Origin: an uncultured Chloroflexia bacterium
GTDB taxonomy: Bacteria; Chloroflexota; Limnocylindria; Limnocylindrales; CSP1-4
Length of the DNA stretch: 64,000 bases
Assembly: GCA_963746845.1 (NCBI GenBank)
Contig: CAVVCZ010000004.1
Coordinates: 992,001-1,056,000 of the forward strand
Direction of reading: 5' to 3'
Notes under the pieces: generated by a model
Database searches by the model: none
Seen by the model: the letters and a program-made list of their open reading frames with translations, nothing else
Told to the model about the DNA's origin: nothing
Shown here: positions 44,840 to 55,060 of the stretch, piece by piece
Numbering within the stretch: position 1 is the first letter of the stretch
Layout: every line of letters starts with the position of its first letter
Program-made: the position numbers and the translations under genes

Positions 44840-46371
44840 CCGCTCACCGAGGCCGGAGGCTGAGCTCCGCGAAGCCATCCGCCCGAGGTTTCCGCCACGA
44901 GAGCCTCCTCCTCGAGGAGGAACTTCCGCGACGAGGTGTCGTACGGGACGGGCTCCGGATAGACCCCGTCGAAGCAGGCGAAGCAGAACCGGTCGTACGG
45001 CAGATCGAGCGCCGCGAGGACGCCGCGGATCGAGAGGTACCCGAGCGAGTCCGCGCCGATGAAGTCGCGGATCTCGTCGACGGTGTTCGTCGCGGCGATC
45101 AGCTCGGTCTCGACCTGCGTGTCGATGCCGTAGAAGCACGGGTGGTAGATCGGCGGTGCGCTGATCCGGACGTGGACCTCCTCGGCCCCGGCGCGACGCA
45201 GCAGGGAGACGATCTGCTTGGTCGTCGTCCCGCGGACGATCGAGTCGTCGACGACCGTCAGGCGCTTGCCCCGGACGACCTCCCGGAGCGGGTTCAGCTT
45301 CAGGGTGACGCCGCGGTGGCGCATCGTCTGGCTCGGCTGGATGAACGTCCGGCCCGTGTAGCGGTTGCGGATCAGCCCTTCGCGATACGGGATCCCCGAG
45401 ACCTCGGCGAACCCGGCGGCGGCGGGTGCGCCGGTATCCGGGACGGGCATCACGAGGTCCGTGTCGGCCGGCTGCTCACCGGCGAGCTCCTCGCCCATCC
45501 GGCGGCGGGCCTCGTACAGGTTCCGACCCTCCATGTAGGAGTCGGGGCGGGCGAAGTAGATCAGCTCGAACACGCACAGCGCATGCGGGCCGACCGGGGC
45601 GAATCGGACGGAGCGCGGGGCGCGTCCGGCCTCGAGCACGACGATCTCGCCCGGTTCGACGTCCCGGACGTAGTCGGCGCCGACGATGTCGAGGGCGGTC
45701 GTCTCGCTGGCGAGGACCCAGCCCGAGCGGCTGTCGTCGGCGGGATCGCTCCACAGCCCGGGGTGGCCGGTGTCATCGGGGCGCACGGCCCGGTCCGGCC
45801 CGGGCAGCCGGCCGAGGACGAGGGGACGGAACCCGAAGGCGTCGCGCACCCCGATGACCCGCCGCTCGTCGAGGATCACGAGGCTGAAGGCGCCGCGGAC
45901 GCGGGGCAGGACGCGGACGAGCGCATCCACGGTGTCGGCGGCGGGCTCGTCGGCGAGCAGGGCCGTGAGGAGCTCCGTGTCCGTCGACGCCGGGAGCCGG
46001 CCGCGTCCGCCGTGCAGCTGGCCGAGGAGCTCCCGCGTGTTGACGAGGTTGCCGTTGTGGCCGATCGCCAGCGCGCGGCGCGGCCCGAGGCGGAACGTCG
46101 GCTGGGCGTTCTCCCAGACCGTGGAGCCGGTGGTCGAGTACCGGCAGTGGGCGATGGCCAGCTCGCCCTTGAGCGACGGCAGCCGCCGCTCGTCCAGGAC
46201 CGAGGCGATCATCCCGAGGTCCTTGTAGAGCATCAGCTGCTCGCCGTCGCTGACCGCGACGCCGGCGGACTCCTGGCCCCGGTGCTGGAGCGCGAACAGG
46301 CCGAGCGACGCCATCGCCGCCGCGCCCGGGTCGCCGCCCGGCGGCATCACGACCCCGAAGACGCCGCACAT
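44836..46371 (-). CDS. purF: Amidophosphoribosyltransferase
   Basis: N-terminal MCGVFG, LQHRGQE, HNGNL, CVFELIYFARPDS, VDDSIVRGTT, CFYGID, CFACF. Confidence 0.96.
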   Translation of the reverse strand: MCGVFGVVMPPGGDPGAAAMASLGLFALQHRGQESAGVAVSDGEQLMLYKDLGMIASVLDERRLPSLKGELAIAHCRYSTTGSTVWENAQPTFRLGPRRALAIGHNGNLVNTRELLGQLHGGRGRLPASTDTELLTALLADEPAADTVDALVRVLPRVRGAFSLVILDERRVIGVRDAFGFRPLVLGRLPGPDRAVRPDDTGHPGLWSDPADDSRSGWVLASETTALDIVGADYVRDVEPGEIVVLEAGRAPRSVRFAPVGPHALCVFELIYFARPDSYMEGRNLYEARRRMGEELAGEQPADTDLVMPVPDTGAPAAAGFAEVSGIPYREGLIRNRYTGRTFIQPSQTMRHRGVTLKLNPLREVVRGKRLTVVDDSIVRGTTTKQIVSLLRRAGAEEVHVRISAPPIYHPCFYGIDTQVETELIAATNTVDEIRDFIGADSLGYLSIRGVLAALDLPYDRFCFACFDGVYPEPVPYDTSSRKFLLEEEALVAETSGGWLRGAQPPASVSG

Positions 46372-48734
46372 CAGCGCGTCTCCCAGCCGAGGGCGCGCGA
46401 CAGGCCGCCCTCCCACGCGTGGCGCAGCTCGTCGAGGCCGACGATCAGCGCGTCGGCCACCCGGCTCCCGCGATCCTCGGCGGCCCCGGTCGCGCCGGAA
46501 CCGTGAAGCTCGATCACGAGGCGGGCCGGCGCGGCGTCGGCCGCGTCGGCGGCGTCACTCGCGTCGCCGCCGACCTCGCCGATCTCGACGATCGGCAGAC
46601 CGTGCTGGCGGGCGAGGAGGACGAGCGCCGGCACATGGCGAAGCGCCGCGGACACGACGATCCGGGACGGGCTCTCGCCGAACAGGTCCACGGCCGGCGA
46701 GCTCGCCACGGGCAACCGGACCAACGCCCCGCGGCCACGGTCGCGGTCCGCCCACAGGCAGCACTCCGCCAGCGCCACCGCGAGACCGCCGCCGGAGACG
46801 TCCTGGGCCGAGGCAAGGAGCCCGCGACCGGCGGCGTCGCGGACGAACGCCTGGATGCGTCGTTCACGCTCCAGATCGAGGGTGGGCGGGCCGTCCTCCG
46901 CGGCGAGACCGGCCAGCTCGGCGTAGGCACTCCCCGCGAGACCCGGCGTCGCCTCGCCGACCAGGAGGATCCGATCGCCACTCGTGCGCCAGCCCGGACG
47001 GACGAGGGTCGACACGTCGTCGAGCAGGCCGACGACCCCGATCTCCGGGGTCGGCGCGATCGCGCCTGCCGGCGACTCGTTGTACAGCGAGACGTTGCCG
47101 CCCGTGACCGGCAGGCCGAGCGCCCGGCAGGCGTCGGCGAGGCCGCGGACACCCTCCGTCAGCTGCCAGAACGCCTCCGGCCGAAGTGGGTCGCCGTAGT
47201 TCAGGCAGTTCGTCACTCCGAGCGGGCGGGCGCCCGTGATCGAGACGTTCCGGGTGGCCTCGGCCACGCTCAGCGCGGCCCCGAGCCACGGGTCCAGCAC
47301 GCCGATCGCCTGATCCGCGTCGGTCGTCGCGACGAGCGCCTTCGTCGAGCCCTTGATCCGGATCACCGCCGCGCCATGGCCCGGCCCCTCGACCGTGTTC
47401 GCCTGGACCGTGGAGTCGTACTGCTCGAACACGGCCCGGCGGCTGGCGAGGTTGGCCGATCCGATGAGGGCGACGAGGACCGCACCCGGGTCCATCCCCC
47501 GCTCCGGGAGCTTGTCCGAGGCGACGGCCGGCACCCCGGGCGCCGGCGCGAGGCGGCGCCGAACAGGCGGCTCCGCGACGCGCTGATGGACGATCGCGTC
47601 GCTCGTCAGCGCCGACGCCGGGATCCGCGCCAGCTCGGCGCCGTCCTCGGCGACGATCACGATGTCGGCGTCGTCCGTGACGCGGCCGATGACCGCGACG
47701 GGCAGACCCCACCGCTCACAGACGGATCGCACGTCGTCCCAGCGCGCCGGTTCGACGATCGCGAGCATCCTCTCCTGTGACTCGCTGATCATCACCTCGA
47801 ACGGGTCCATCCCCGGCTCACGGCGCGGGATCGCCGCCAGGTCGATCCGCATGCCGGTGCCCGAGCGATCGGCGGTCTCGGACGTCGCGCACGTGACGCC
47901 GCCGGCGCCGAGGTCCTGGAGGCCGACCACGAGCCCGGCCCGGATCAGGTCGAGGGATGCCTCGATCAGGAGCTTCTCGGCAAATGGATCGCCGACCTGG
48001 ACCGACGGGCGCTTCGATGGGTCATCGTCCGCGAAGGTCGCGCTTGCCAGGACGCTGGCGCCGCCGATGCCGTCCCGGCCGGTCGTCGAGCCGAACAGGA
48101 CGACGAGGTTGCCGGGTCCCGGTGCGGCCGCCCGGGTCAGGTCGCGCTCATCGAGCAGGCCGATCGCCATGACGTTGACGAGGGGGTTGCCCCCGTACGA
48201 CGGATCGAAGACGAGCTCGCCGCCGACCGTCGGGACGCCGACGCAGTTGCCGTAGCCACCGACGCCCCTGACGACCCCGTCGACCAGGTGGCGGGTCCGT
48301 GCGTCCGCCGGATCGCCGAACCGGAGGGCGTCGAGCACCGCGATCGGCCGCGCGCCCATCGTGAAGATGTCGCGGAGGATGCCGCCGACGCCCGTCGCCG
48401 CGCCCTGGGTCGGCTCGACCGCGCTCGGGTGGTTGTGGGATTCGATCTTGAACGCGACGGCGAGCCCGTCGCCGATCGAGATGACCCCGGCATTCTCGCC
48501 CGGGCCCGCGACGACGCCGTCCTCGGTGGTCCCGGTGGGCAGCGTCCGCAGGAGGGGACGAGAGCTCTTGTACGAGCAGTGCTCGCTCCACATGACGCTG
48601 AACATCGCGAGCTCGAGGTCGTTCGGGTCCCGGCCGCTCAGCCGGTCGCGGATCGCCGCGAGCTCGTCGTCCGTCACGCCGAGCCGTCGATGGAGCGGCT
48701 GCCCGCCGGCCACGGGCGGCTCCGCGATGGTCAC
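46371..48734 (-). CDS. purL: FGAM synthase subunit PurL (small form)
   Basis: [49 protein letters not shown]. Confidence 0.96.
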   Translation of the reverse strand: MTIAEPPVAGGQPLHRRLGVTDDELAAIRDRLSGRDPNDLELAMFSVMWSEHCSYKSSRPLLRTLPTGTTEDGVVAGPGENAGVISIGDGLAVAFKIESHNHPSAVEPTQGAATGVGGILRDIFTMGARPIAVLDALRFGDPADARTRHLVDGVVRGVGGYGNCVGVPTVGGELVFDPSYGGNPLVNVMAIGLLDERDLTRAAAPGPGNLVVLFGSTTGRDGIGGASVLASATFADDDPSKRPSVQVGDPFAEKLLIEASLDLIRAGLVVGLQDLGAGGVTCATSETADRSGTGMRIDLAAIPRREPGMDPFEVMISESQERMLAIVEPARWDDVRSVCERWGLPVAVIGRVTDDADIVIVAEDGAELARIPASALTSDAIVHQRVAEPPVRRRLAPAPGVPAVASDKLPERGMDPGAVLVALIGSANLASRRAVFEQYDSTVQANTVEGPGHGAAVIRIKGSTKALVATTDADQAIGVLDPWLGAALSVAEATRNVSITGARPLGVTNCLNYGDPLRPEAFWQLTEGVRGLADACRALGLPVTGGNVSLYNESPAGAIAPTPEIGVVGLLDDVSTLVRPGWRTSGDRILLVGEATPGLAGSAYAELAGLAAEDGPPTLDLERERRIQAFVRDAAGRGLLASAQDVSGGGLAVALAECCLWADRDRGRGALVRLPVASSPAVDLFGESPSRIVVSAALRHVPALVLLARQHGLPIVEIGEVGGDASDAADAADAAPARLVIELHGSGATGAAEDRGSRVADALIVGLDELRHAWEGGLSRALGWETR

Positions 48735-49480
48735 CGGACCGCGCCCACGACCGCCGGTCCGCCGGCCCGCTCGCGCTCGGCCGCGGACGCCACGAACGAG
48801 GCGATGATCCCGAGCCCGTCGTCGCTGCCGAGGACCGCCTCGACCGCGGTCTCGGGATGGGGCATCAGCCCCGCGACGTTCCCGGCGGCATTCAGGACGC
48901 CGGCGATCGCCCGGACGGATCCGTTCGGGTTGGCCCGGTCGTCCTCGCCGCCCGCGACCGACCCGTCGGGGTGGACGTAGCGGAACAGGACCTGGCCGTT
49001 GGCCTCCAGCTCGTCGAGCGTCGCGTCGTCCGCGTAGAACGCCCCCTCGCCATGGGCGACGGGCATCCGGAGCGGCCGACGATCCGCGAGGGCGTGGGTG
49101 AACGGCGTGTCGAGCCGATCGGGCGCGATCGCGATCTCGCGCGAGACGAACCGGAGGCCCCGGTTGCGGAGCAGCGCGCCGGGCAGCAGGTGGGCCTCGG
49201 TCAGCACCTGGAAGCCGTTGCAGATCCCCAGGACAGGCCCGCCGTCGGCGGCGAACCCCGCGACCGCCCGCATGATCGGGCTGAACCGGGCGATCACCCC
49301 GGCCCGGAGGTAGTCGCCGTAGGCGAACCCGCCGGGGACGAGGATGCCGGCCACCCCGTCGAGGGCCACGTCCTCGTGCCACAGGACGACGGGCTCCGCG
49401 CCCGCCACCTGCAGGGCGTTGACCGCGTCGATGTCCCGGTTCGAGCCCGGGAAGAGGACGACGCCGATCCGGACCGTCAC
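48731..49480 (-). CDS. purQ: FGAM synthase glutaminase subunit PurQ
   Basis: [32 protein letters not shown]. Confidence 0.96.
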   Translation of the reverse strand: MTVRIGVVLFPGSNRDIDAVNALQVAGAEPVVLWHEDVALDGVAGILVPGGFAYGDYLRAGVIARFSPIMRAVAGFAADGGPVLGICNGFQVLTEAHLLPGALLRNRGLRFVSREIAIAPDRLDTPFTHALADRRPLRMPVAHGEGAFYADDATLDELEANGQVLFRYVHPDGSVAGGEDDRANPNGSVRAIAGVLNAAGNVAGLMPHPETAVEAVLGSDDGLGIIASFVASAAERERAGGPAVVGAVR

Positions 49481-49782
49481 GCGTCGGCTCCGCGCGCGGT
49501 GCCGACGAGTGATGACGTGGCCTCGATGGCCTCGATGTCGTACGACTCGATCAGCGGGTTCGACAGCAGCTCCGAGGCCAGCCGATCGACGATCGCCCGG
49601 GCCTCCGTCTCGGAGCCGGCCGTGACGGTCAGCTCGACCCGCCGCCCGACGCGGACGGCGCTCACCCCGTCGATCCCGAGGTGGGCGAGGCTGCCCTCGA
49701 CCGCCCGGCCCTGTGGATCGAGGATCCCGGGCTTCGGCCGCACGTTCACCGCGTACCGGACGTCCATCGTCGCCACCGTCAC
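49477..49782 (-). CDS. purS: FGAM synthase subunit PurS
   Basis: [12 protein letters not shown] and [13 protein letters not shown] coupled to the purC stop (ATG at 49767 is an alternative). Confidence 0.93.
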   Translation of the reverse strand: MTVATMDVRYAVNVRPKPGILDPQGRAVEGSLAHLGIDGVSAVRVGRRVELTVTAGSETEARAIVDRLASELLSNPLIESYDIEAIEATSSLVGTARGADA

Positions 49783-50684
49783 CCGCCGACGACGTCGGCG
49801 TCGAGGTAGCGCGCGAAGCTCGCGCCGGTGATCCGCTCGAACGCCTCGACGTAGCGGGCGCGCGTCCCGGCCACGACCTCCGCCGGCAGCTCGGGGCCAG
49901 GCGGGGTCTTGTCCCAGTCCTGGGTCTCGAGCCAGTCGCGCACGTACTGCTTGTCGTAGCTCGCCTGGGCACGACCCGGCTCGTAGTCGGCGGCGTCCCA
50001 GAACCTCGACGAATCCGGCGTGAGCACCTCGTCGATGAGGATCAGCTCGCCGGTCGCCGGGTCCGTCCCGAACTCGAACTTCGTGTCTGCGAGGATGATC
50101 CCGGCCGGCTCCGCGATCTCGGCGCCGCGGCGATACAGCGCGATCGCGACCTCCGCGACCCGGTCCGCGACCTCGCGCCCGACGAGCTCCGCCGCCTGGT
50201 CGATCGAGATGTTCTCGTCGTGACCCTGCTCGGCCTTCGTCGACGGCGTGAAGAGCGGCTCCGGCAGCCGGTCGCTCTCCCGGAGCCCGGCCGGCAGCGG
50301 GATCCCGCACACGGCGCCCGTCCGGCCGTAGTCCTTCCAGCCGGAGCCGGCGAGATAGCCGCGGACGATCACCTCGATCGGCAGCGGCCGGACCAGGCGG
50401 CAGAGCATCATCCGGCCGCGCAGCTCGTCGGCGTCGCCGGGCGCTCCACCGGGGATCTCCTCGGGTGCGACCCCGACGAGGTGGTTCGGGACGAGATCGC
50501 CCGTCCGCGAGAACCAGAACCGGGACAGCCCGGTCAGGACGCGCCCCTTGTCGGGGATCGCGGTCGGCAGGACGACGTCGAACGCGCTCAGGCGATCGGA
50601 CGCGACGAGGAGCAGGCGGTCGTCCGCGACGGCGTACAGGTCGCGGACCTTGCCGGAACGCAGGAACGTATCAGCGAGCGGCAT
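49779..50684 (-). CDS. purC: SAICAR synthetase
   Basis: GKVRDLY, SDRLSAFD, RGYLAGS, TPSTKA, ADTKFEFG, DEVLTPDSSRFW, DKQYVR. Confidence 0.96.
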   Translation of the reverse strand: MPLADTFLRSGKVRDLYAVADDRLLLVASDRLSAFDVVLPTAIPDKGRVLTGLSRFWFSRTGDLVPNHLVGVAPEEIPGGAPGDADELRGRMMLCRLVRPLPIEVIVRGYLAGSGWKDYGRTGAVCGIPLPAGLRESDRLPEPLFTPSTKAEQGHDENISIDQAAELVGREVADRVAEVAIALYRRGAEIAEPAGIILADTKFEFGTDPATGELILIDEVLTPDSSRFWDAADYEPGRAQASYDKQYVRDWLETQDWDKTPPGPELPAEVVAGTRARYVEAFERITGASFARYLDADVVGG

Positions 50685-51993
50685 CGAGCTGGGCCTCCAG
50701 GGTGTCGAGACGGGCGATGACGGCGGGGACGTGGCCGAGGAACGCGGTGTCGTCGAAGCAGGCATCGAGCTGGGCGAGCGTGATCCGCCTGGCGACCTCC
50801 GGATCGACGGCGAGCAGGCCGCGGAGCGGCGCACGCTCATCGGCGGCGCGGAGCGCGGCGCGCTGCACGACGGCGTAGGCGGCCTCTCGGCTCATCCCGC
50901 CCCGCTCGACGAGGAGCCCGAGGACGCGGCTGCTCGCGTGGAGGCCGAGCCCGCGCTCGATGTTCTCGAGCATCCGCTCGCGCCGGACGACGAGCCCGTC
51001 GACCAGCCCGGCCATCCGGACGAGCATGTAGTCGAGCACGATCGTTGCGTCGGGCAGGATCACCCGCTCGGCGCTGCTGTGGCTGATGTCGCGCTCGTGC
51101 CACAGCGGCTGATCCTCGAGGGCGGTCCCGGCATAGCCGCGCAGCAGCCGGGCAAGGCCGGCGATCCGCTCCGACAGGATCGGGTTGCGCTTGTGGGGCA
51201 TCGCGCTTGAGCCTTTCTGGCCGGCCTTGAACGGCTCCATCAGCTCGCCGATCTCGGTGTGCTGGAGGTTCCGGATCTCGGTCGCGAAGCGCTCGAGCGA
51301 CCCACCGACGATCGCGATCGCCGTCAGGAGCGCCGCGTGGCGGTCGCGCTGCACGATCTGGGTGCTGACCGGGTCCGCGTGCAGGTCCAGCTCCGCCAGG
51401 ACCTCGGCCTCGACGTCCGGCCCGAGATGGCTGTACGACCCGACCGGCCCCGAGATCTTGCCGGTCGCGATCTCGTCCACCGCGTCGGCCAGCCGGCGCC
51501 GGCCGCGGTCGACCTCGAACGCCCAGCCCGCGAGCTTCAGCCCGAACGTGATCGGCTCGGCGTGGACGCTGTGGGTCCGGCCCATCATCAGCGTGTCCGC
51601 CTCGCTCCGGGCCCGGACGATGAGCGCAGTCAGGAGCCGGTCGCAGTCGCGCAGGAGGAGGTTTCCGGCGTCCCGGAGCTGCAACGCGAGCGCTGTGTCG
51701 ACGACGTCGCTGCTCGTCAGCCCGAGGTGGAGGTAGCGGCCCTCGGGACCGACGGTCTCGGCGACCTGGCTGACGAACGCGATCACGTCGTGATCGGTCG
51801 TCTTCTCGATCTCGGCGATCCGGTCCGGGTCCACGGCCGCACGCGCCTCGAGCGCCGCGAGGGCGTCGGCCGGGACGGCGCCGCGGGCCGCCTGGGCGCG
51901 GCTGACCGCCAGCTCGACCCGGAGCATCGCCTCGAACCGGGCGCGCTCGGTCCAGATCGCGCCCATCTCGGGGAGCGTGTAGCGCCGGATCAC
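50671..51993 (-). CDS. purB: Adenylosuccinate lyase
   Basis: [45 protein letters not shown]. Confidence 0.97.
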   Translation of the reverse strand: MIRRYTLPEMGAIWTERARFEAMLRVELAVSRAQAARGAVPADALAALEARAAVDPDRIAEIEKTTDHDVIAFVSQVAETVGPEGRYLHLGLTSSDVVDTALALQLRDAGNLLLRDCDRLLTALIVRARSEADTLMMGRTHSVHAEPITFGLKLAGWAFEVDRGRRRLADAVDEIATGKISGPVGSYSHLGPDVEAEVLAELDLHADPVSTQIVQRDRHAALLTAIAIVGGSLERFATEIRNLQHTEIGELMEPFKAGQKGSSAMPHKRNPILSERIAGLARLLRGYAGTALEDQPLWHERDISHSSAERVILPDATIVLDYMLVRMAGLVDGLVVRRERMLENIERGLGLHASSRVLGLLVERGGMSREAAYAVVQRAALRAADERAPLRGLLAVDPEVARRITLAQLDACFDDTAFLGHVPAVIARLDTLEAQLDAAR

Positions 51994-53297
51994 GACGTCG
52001 CCCCCGTCGCGAGGGCGGCACTCGTCCGGCCGATATCGTGGCGCCGCTGGAGGCCCGGCCAGCGAATCTCGTCCGCGGCCGCCTCGGCCGCGACGCGTGC
52101 GGCCTCGAGATCCGGCCCGCGGCCCACGACCGTCAGCACCCGCCCGCCGTTCGTCGCCCAGCCTGCGGCCGTTCGACTCGTGGCCGCGTGGAAGACCGTC
52201 GCACCGCGAGCCTCGGCCCGGTCGAGCCCGTCGATGACCTCGGGACCGGCCGGCATGCCAGGATAGCCGGCATTCGCGAGCACGATGCCGACGGCCGCGC
52301 CGGGAAGCGTCGGGAGCGGGCCTCTCGCGATGCCGCCGAGGCGGCCGTGCGCCGCCGCCGCGAGGATCGGACCCAGGGGCGCGGCGATCCGCGGCAGGAG
52401 CACCTGCGTCTCCGGGTCGCCGAAGCGGGCATTGAACTCCAGCAGGCGTGGACCGTCCTCGGTGAGCATCAGGCCGGCATACATCGCCCCGACGAATGGG
52501 GTTCCGCGTCGGGCCAGCTCGTCCAGCACCGGCCGATGGAATCGGTCCAGCAGGTCTTCGGCCAACTCGTCCGGCAGGTCCGGGAGCGGTGAATAGGCGC
52601 CCATGCCGCCGGTGTTCGGCCCCGTGTCGTCGTCGCCGAGCCGCTTGTGGTCCCGCGAGATCGGCAGGGCGACCGCGTCCCGCCCGTCACAGAGCGCGAT
52701 CACGCTCGCCTCGCGGCCCGTCAGTCGCTCTTCCACGACGATCGAGTCCGGCTGGGCCGAGATGGCCTCGGCCGTCTCGTCGAGCGACCCGCAGACGGTC
52801 ACGCCCTTGCCTGCCGCCAGCCCGTCGGCCTTGACGACGACCGCTCCGTCCGGGGCGAGCCCCATGGCGTAGGCCAGCGCGGCGGAGGGATCCGTCTGCG
52901 CAAACGTCCGCCCCCGCGCCATCGGCACGCCCGCGGCCTCCGCGATCTCCCGGCAGAACCCCTTCGAGGACTCGATCCGGGCCGCCGCGGCGCTCGGTCC
53001 GAAGACGGGGATGCCCACGGCGAGGAGCGCGTCCGCGACGCCGGCCGCCAGTGGGGCCTCCGGACCGACGACGACGAGCTCGACCGACCACGATCGTGCG
53101 ATCGCGACCACCGCGGCCGGGTCGAGCGGGTCCACGGAGATGCAGCGAACCCTCGGTTCGCGCCCGATCGCATCGGAGCCCGGGGCGACGATCACCTCGT
53201 TGACGCCCGGATCGGAGGCCAGCTTCCAGGCGAGCGCGTGCTCGCGCCCGCCGCCTCCGACGATGAGGATCCGGGTCGGCTGCGTGGCCCGGGTCAC
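51990..53297 (-). CDS. purD: Phosphoribosylamine--glycine ligase
   Basis: GGGGREHAL, VGPEAPL, KADGLAAGKGV, DHKR, GPNTGGMG, EFNARFGDPE. GTG at 53297 (ATG at 53312 is an alternative). Confidence 0.96.
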   Translation of the reverse strand: MTRATQPTRILIVGGGGREHALAWKLASDPGVNEVIVAPGSDAIGREPRVRCISVDPLDPAAVVAIARSWSVELVVVGPEAPLAAGVADALLAVGIPVFGPSAAAARIESSKGFCREIAEAAGVPMARGRTFAQTDPSAALAYAMGLAPDGAVVVKADGLAAGKGVTVCGSLDETAEAISAQPDSIVVEERLTGREASVIALCDGRDAVALPISRDHKRLGDDDTGPNTGGMGAYSPLPDLPDELAEDLLDRFHRPVLDELARRGTPFVGAMYAGLMLTEDGPRLLEFNARFGDPETQVLLPRIAAPLGPILAAAAHGRLGGIARGPLPTLPGAAVGIVLANAGYPGMPAGPEVIDGLDRAEARGATVFHAATSRTAAGWATNGGRVLTVVGRGPDLEAARVAAEAAADEIRWPGLQRRHDIGRTSAALATGATS

Positions 53298-53401
53298 TGC
53301 GCCGGCTGCCATTCAGGCGCTGGACGGGTCAAGTGAAGCCCGGCCGTCGTTTGACGCGCCCGGCGCATGAACCGCGGCGTTCGAGCGCCGATCAGGCTCA
53401 T
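53294..53401 (-). CDS. 35-aa sORF bridging purA and purD
   Basis: The ATG overlaps the purA stop (ATGA) and its TGA overlaps the purD GTG (GTGA). Sequence MSLIGARTPRFMRRARQTTAGLHLTRPAPEWQPAQ. Confidence 0.4.
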   Translation of the reverse strand: MSLIGARTPRFMRRARQTTAGLHLTRPAPEWQPAQ

Positions 53402-54711
53402 CCGGCCACCGCCGGCGTCCGGTGGCGGATCGGCCGCCAGGCCCGCTCGATCGTCTGCGTCCGCTCCGGGCCGACCGACACCAGCACGATCGGGGCCCCG
53501 GCGTGGTCCTCGAGCGCCGTCACGTAGCGCCGGGCGGCGTCCGGCAGTCCGGACAGCGAGCGGACGTCGTGGATCGGCTCGCTCCAGCCGGGGAACTCCT
53601 CGTAGATCGGCGTCGCGCGCGCGAGGAGGTCCGCCGACGACGGCCACGCCTCGACCCGCCGTCCGTCGAGCTCGTACGCGACGCACAGGCGGATCGGGTC
53701 GACGCCGGACAGGATGTCGAGCTTGTTCAGCATGATCGAGCTGACGCTGTTGATCGCGACGGCGAAACGGGCGGACACCGCGTCGAACCAGCCCACCCGG
53801 CGGGGCCGGCCGGTCGTCGTCCCGACCTCGTGACCGCGCTCGGCGATCCCCGCGCCCACCGTGTCCAGGAGCTCGGTCGGGAACGGGCCGGACCCGACCC
53901 GCGTCGCATAGGCCTTCATCACGCCGAAGACCTCGTCGACCTGGCGCGGCCCGATCCCGCCACCCGTGCACGCCCCGCCGGCGACCGGCGACGACGAGGT
54001 CACGTACGGATACGAGCCGTGGTCGAGGTCGAGGAGCGTGCCCTGGGCACCCTCGAGCAGCACGTGGTCCCCGCGCGCGAGGGCGTCCTGGACGAGCCAC
54101 GTGGCGTCGACGAGGTGCGGCTCGAGCCGGCGGCCCCAGCCCAGCGCCCCCTCGACCAGCGCGTCCACCTCGAACCGCGCCTCGGCGCCGAGCGCCGCGA
54201 GGAGCGCGTTCTTCTCGGGAACCGTCCGCTCGAGCTTCGTCCGGAGCGCCGCCTCGTCCAGCAGGTCCTCGAGCCGGACGCCGGCGCGCGACGCCCGGTC
54301 CTCGTACGCAGGCCCGATCCCGCGGCCCGTCGTCCCGACCTTCGCCCCCGCGAGCCGCGTCTCGCGGGCGACGTCGAGCGCCCGGTGGTACGGGAGGATC
54401 ACGTGTGCCGCGAAGCTCGCCCGGAGCCGCGAGACGTCGATCCCGCGCGAGGCCAGGGTGTCGAGCTCGTCGATCAGCGTGGCCGGGTTGACGACGACTC
54501 CGGGCCCGATGACCGGCACGATGTGCGGGTAGAGGATGCCCGACGGCACGAGGTGGAGCTTGAACACCTCGTCCCCGAGCATCAGCGTGTGGCCCGCGTT
54601 GTCGCCGCCCTGGTAGCGGACGACGAGCGCCGTCTGTTCGGCGAGGAAGTCGGTCGTCTTGCCCTTGCCCTCGTCGCCCCACTGGAGCCCGACGACCACG
54701 GTCGCCGGCAC
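53398..54711 (-). CDS. purA: Adenylosuccinate synthetase
   Basis: GLQWGDEGKGK, GGDNAGHT, GTTGRGIGP, EGAQG, TTTGRPRRVGW, NKLD. Confidence 0.97.
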   Translation of the reverse strand: MPATVVVGLQWGDEGKGKTTDFLAEQTALVVRYQGGDNAGHTLMLGDEVFKLHLVPSGILYPHIVPVIGPGVVVNPATLIDELDTLASRGIDVSRLRASFAAHVILPYHRALDVARETRLAGAKVGTTGRGIGPAYEDRASRAGVRLEDLLDEAALRTKLERTVPEKNALLAALGAEARFEVDALVEGALGWGRRLEPHLVDATWLVQDALARGDHVLLEGAQGTLLDLDHGSYPYVTSSSPVAGGACTGGGIGPRQVDEVFGVMKAYATRVGSGPFPTELLDTVGAGIAERGHEVGTTTGRPRRVGWFDAVSARFAVAINSVSSIMLNKLDILSGVDPIRLCVAYELDGRRVEAWPSSADLLARATPIYEEFPGWSEPIHDVRSLSGLPDAARRYVTALEDHAGAPIVLVSVGPERTQTIERAWRPIRHRTPAVAG

Positions 54712-54749
54712 TACCCGCCCACCCGATCGCGGACGGCGGGAACGCGGCC

Positions 54750-54783
54750 AACAAAAAGGCCCCGGGCCGTTGGGCCGGGGACC
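54750..54783 (-). terminator. Intrinsic terminator (attenuator) inside the pur leader
   Basis: GGUCCCCGG-CCCAACGGC-CCGGGGCC followed by UUUUUGUU, about 40 nt before the purA start. Confidence 0.8.
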
Positions 54784-54853
54784 GACTGGATAGACGTCTC
54801 CCGCAGCGCGTCGCCGATGCGACGCCGGAGCGGTTCGAAGACCCGTCGTCGCC

Positions 54854-54886
54854 TCACTGGACGAGCCACGCGCCTTCCTCGGGCAA
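54854..54886 (-). CDS. Putative pur leader peptide (MPEEGAWLVQ)
   Basis: GAAGGAG SD 8 nt before a TTG; 10 codons then TGA. Confidence 0.45.
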   Translation of the reverse strand: MPEEGAWLVQ

Positions 54887-55060
54887 CGGCCGTTCTCCTT
54901 CTGGCGGGCGAGGCCCGCGGGTCGTTCGAGGACGGGGCGAGTATAGCAGCGGGACCCGTTCGACCGGAGACCCCGCCGGGGCCGGGTGGGACGTTCGGTC
55001 GCGGATCGGGGTACCTCCGGCGGGGCCGTCCGGAAGGACCCGACCCTTAGCCTGTGGGGC

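Larger units (their letters stand above)
54712..54948 (-). promoter_or_regulatory. pur operon promoter and structured cis-regulatory leader of about 220 nt
   Basis: Extended -10 TGCTATACT at 54940-54948, followed by a uORF, alternative hairpins and a terminator. Confidence 0.7.

Noticed and set aside
54712-54940. Purine, ZTP/pfl or PRPP (ykkC) riboswitch upstream of purA
   Set aside because: Core motifs (e.g. UUUCUAC, GACUGGCG...GCCUGGGC, UAGGGUUCCG) were not found by eye. The region is reported as an unclassified leader instead.
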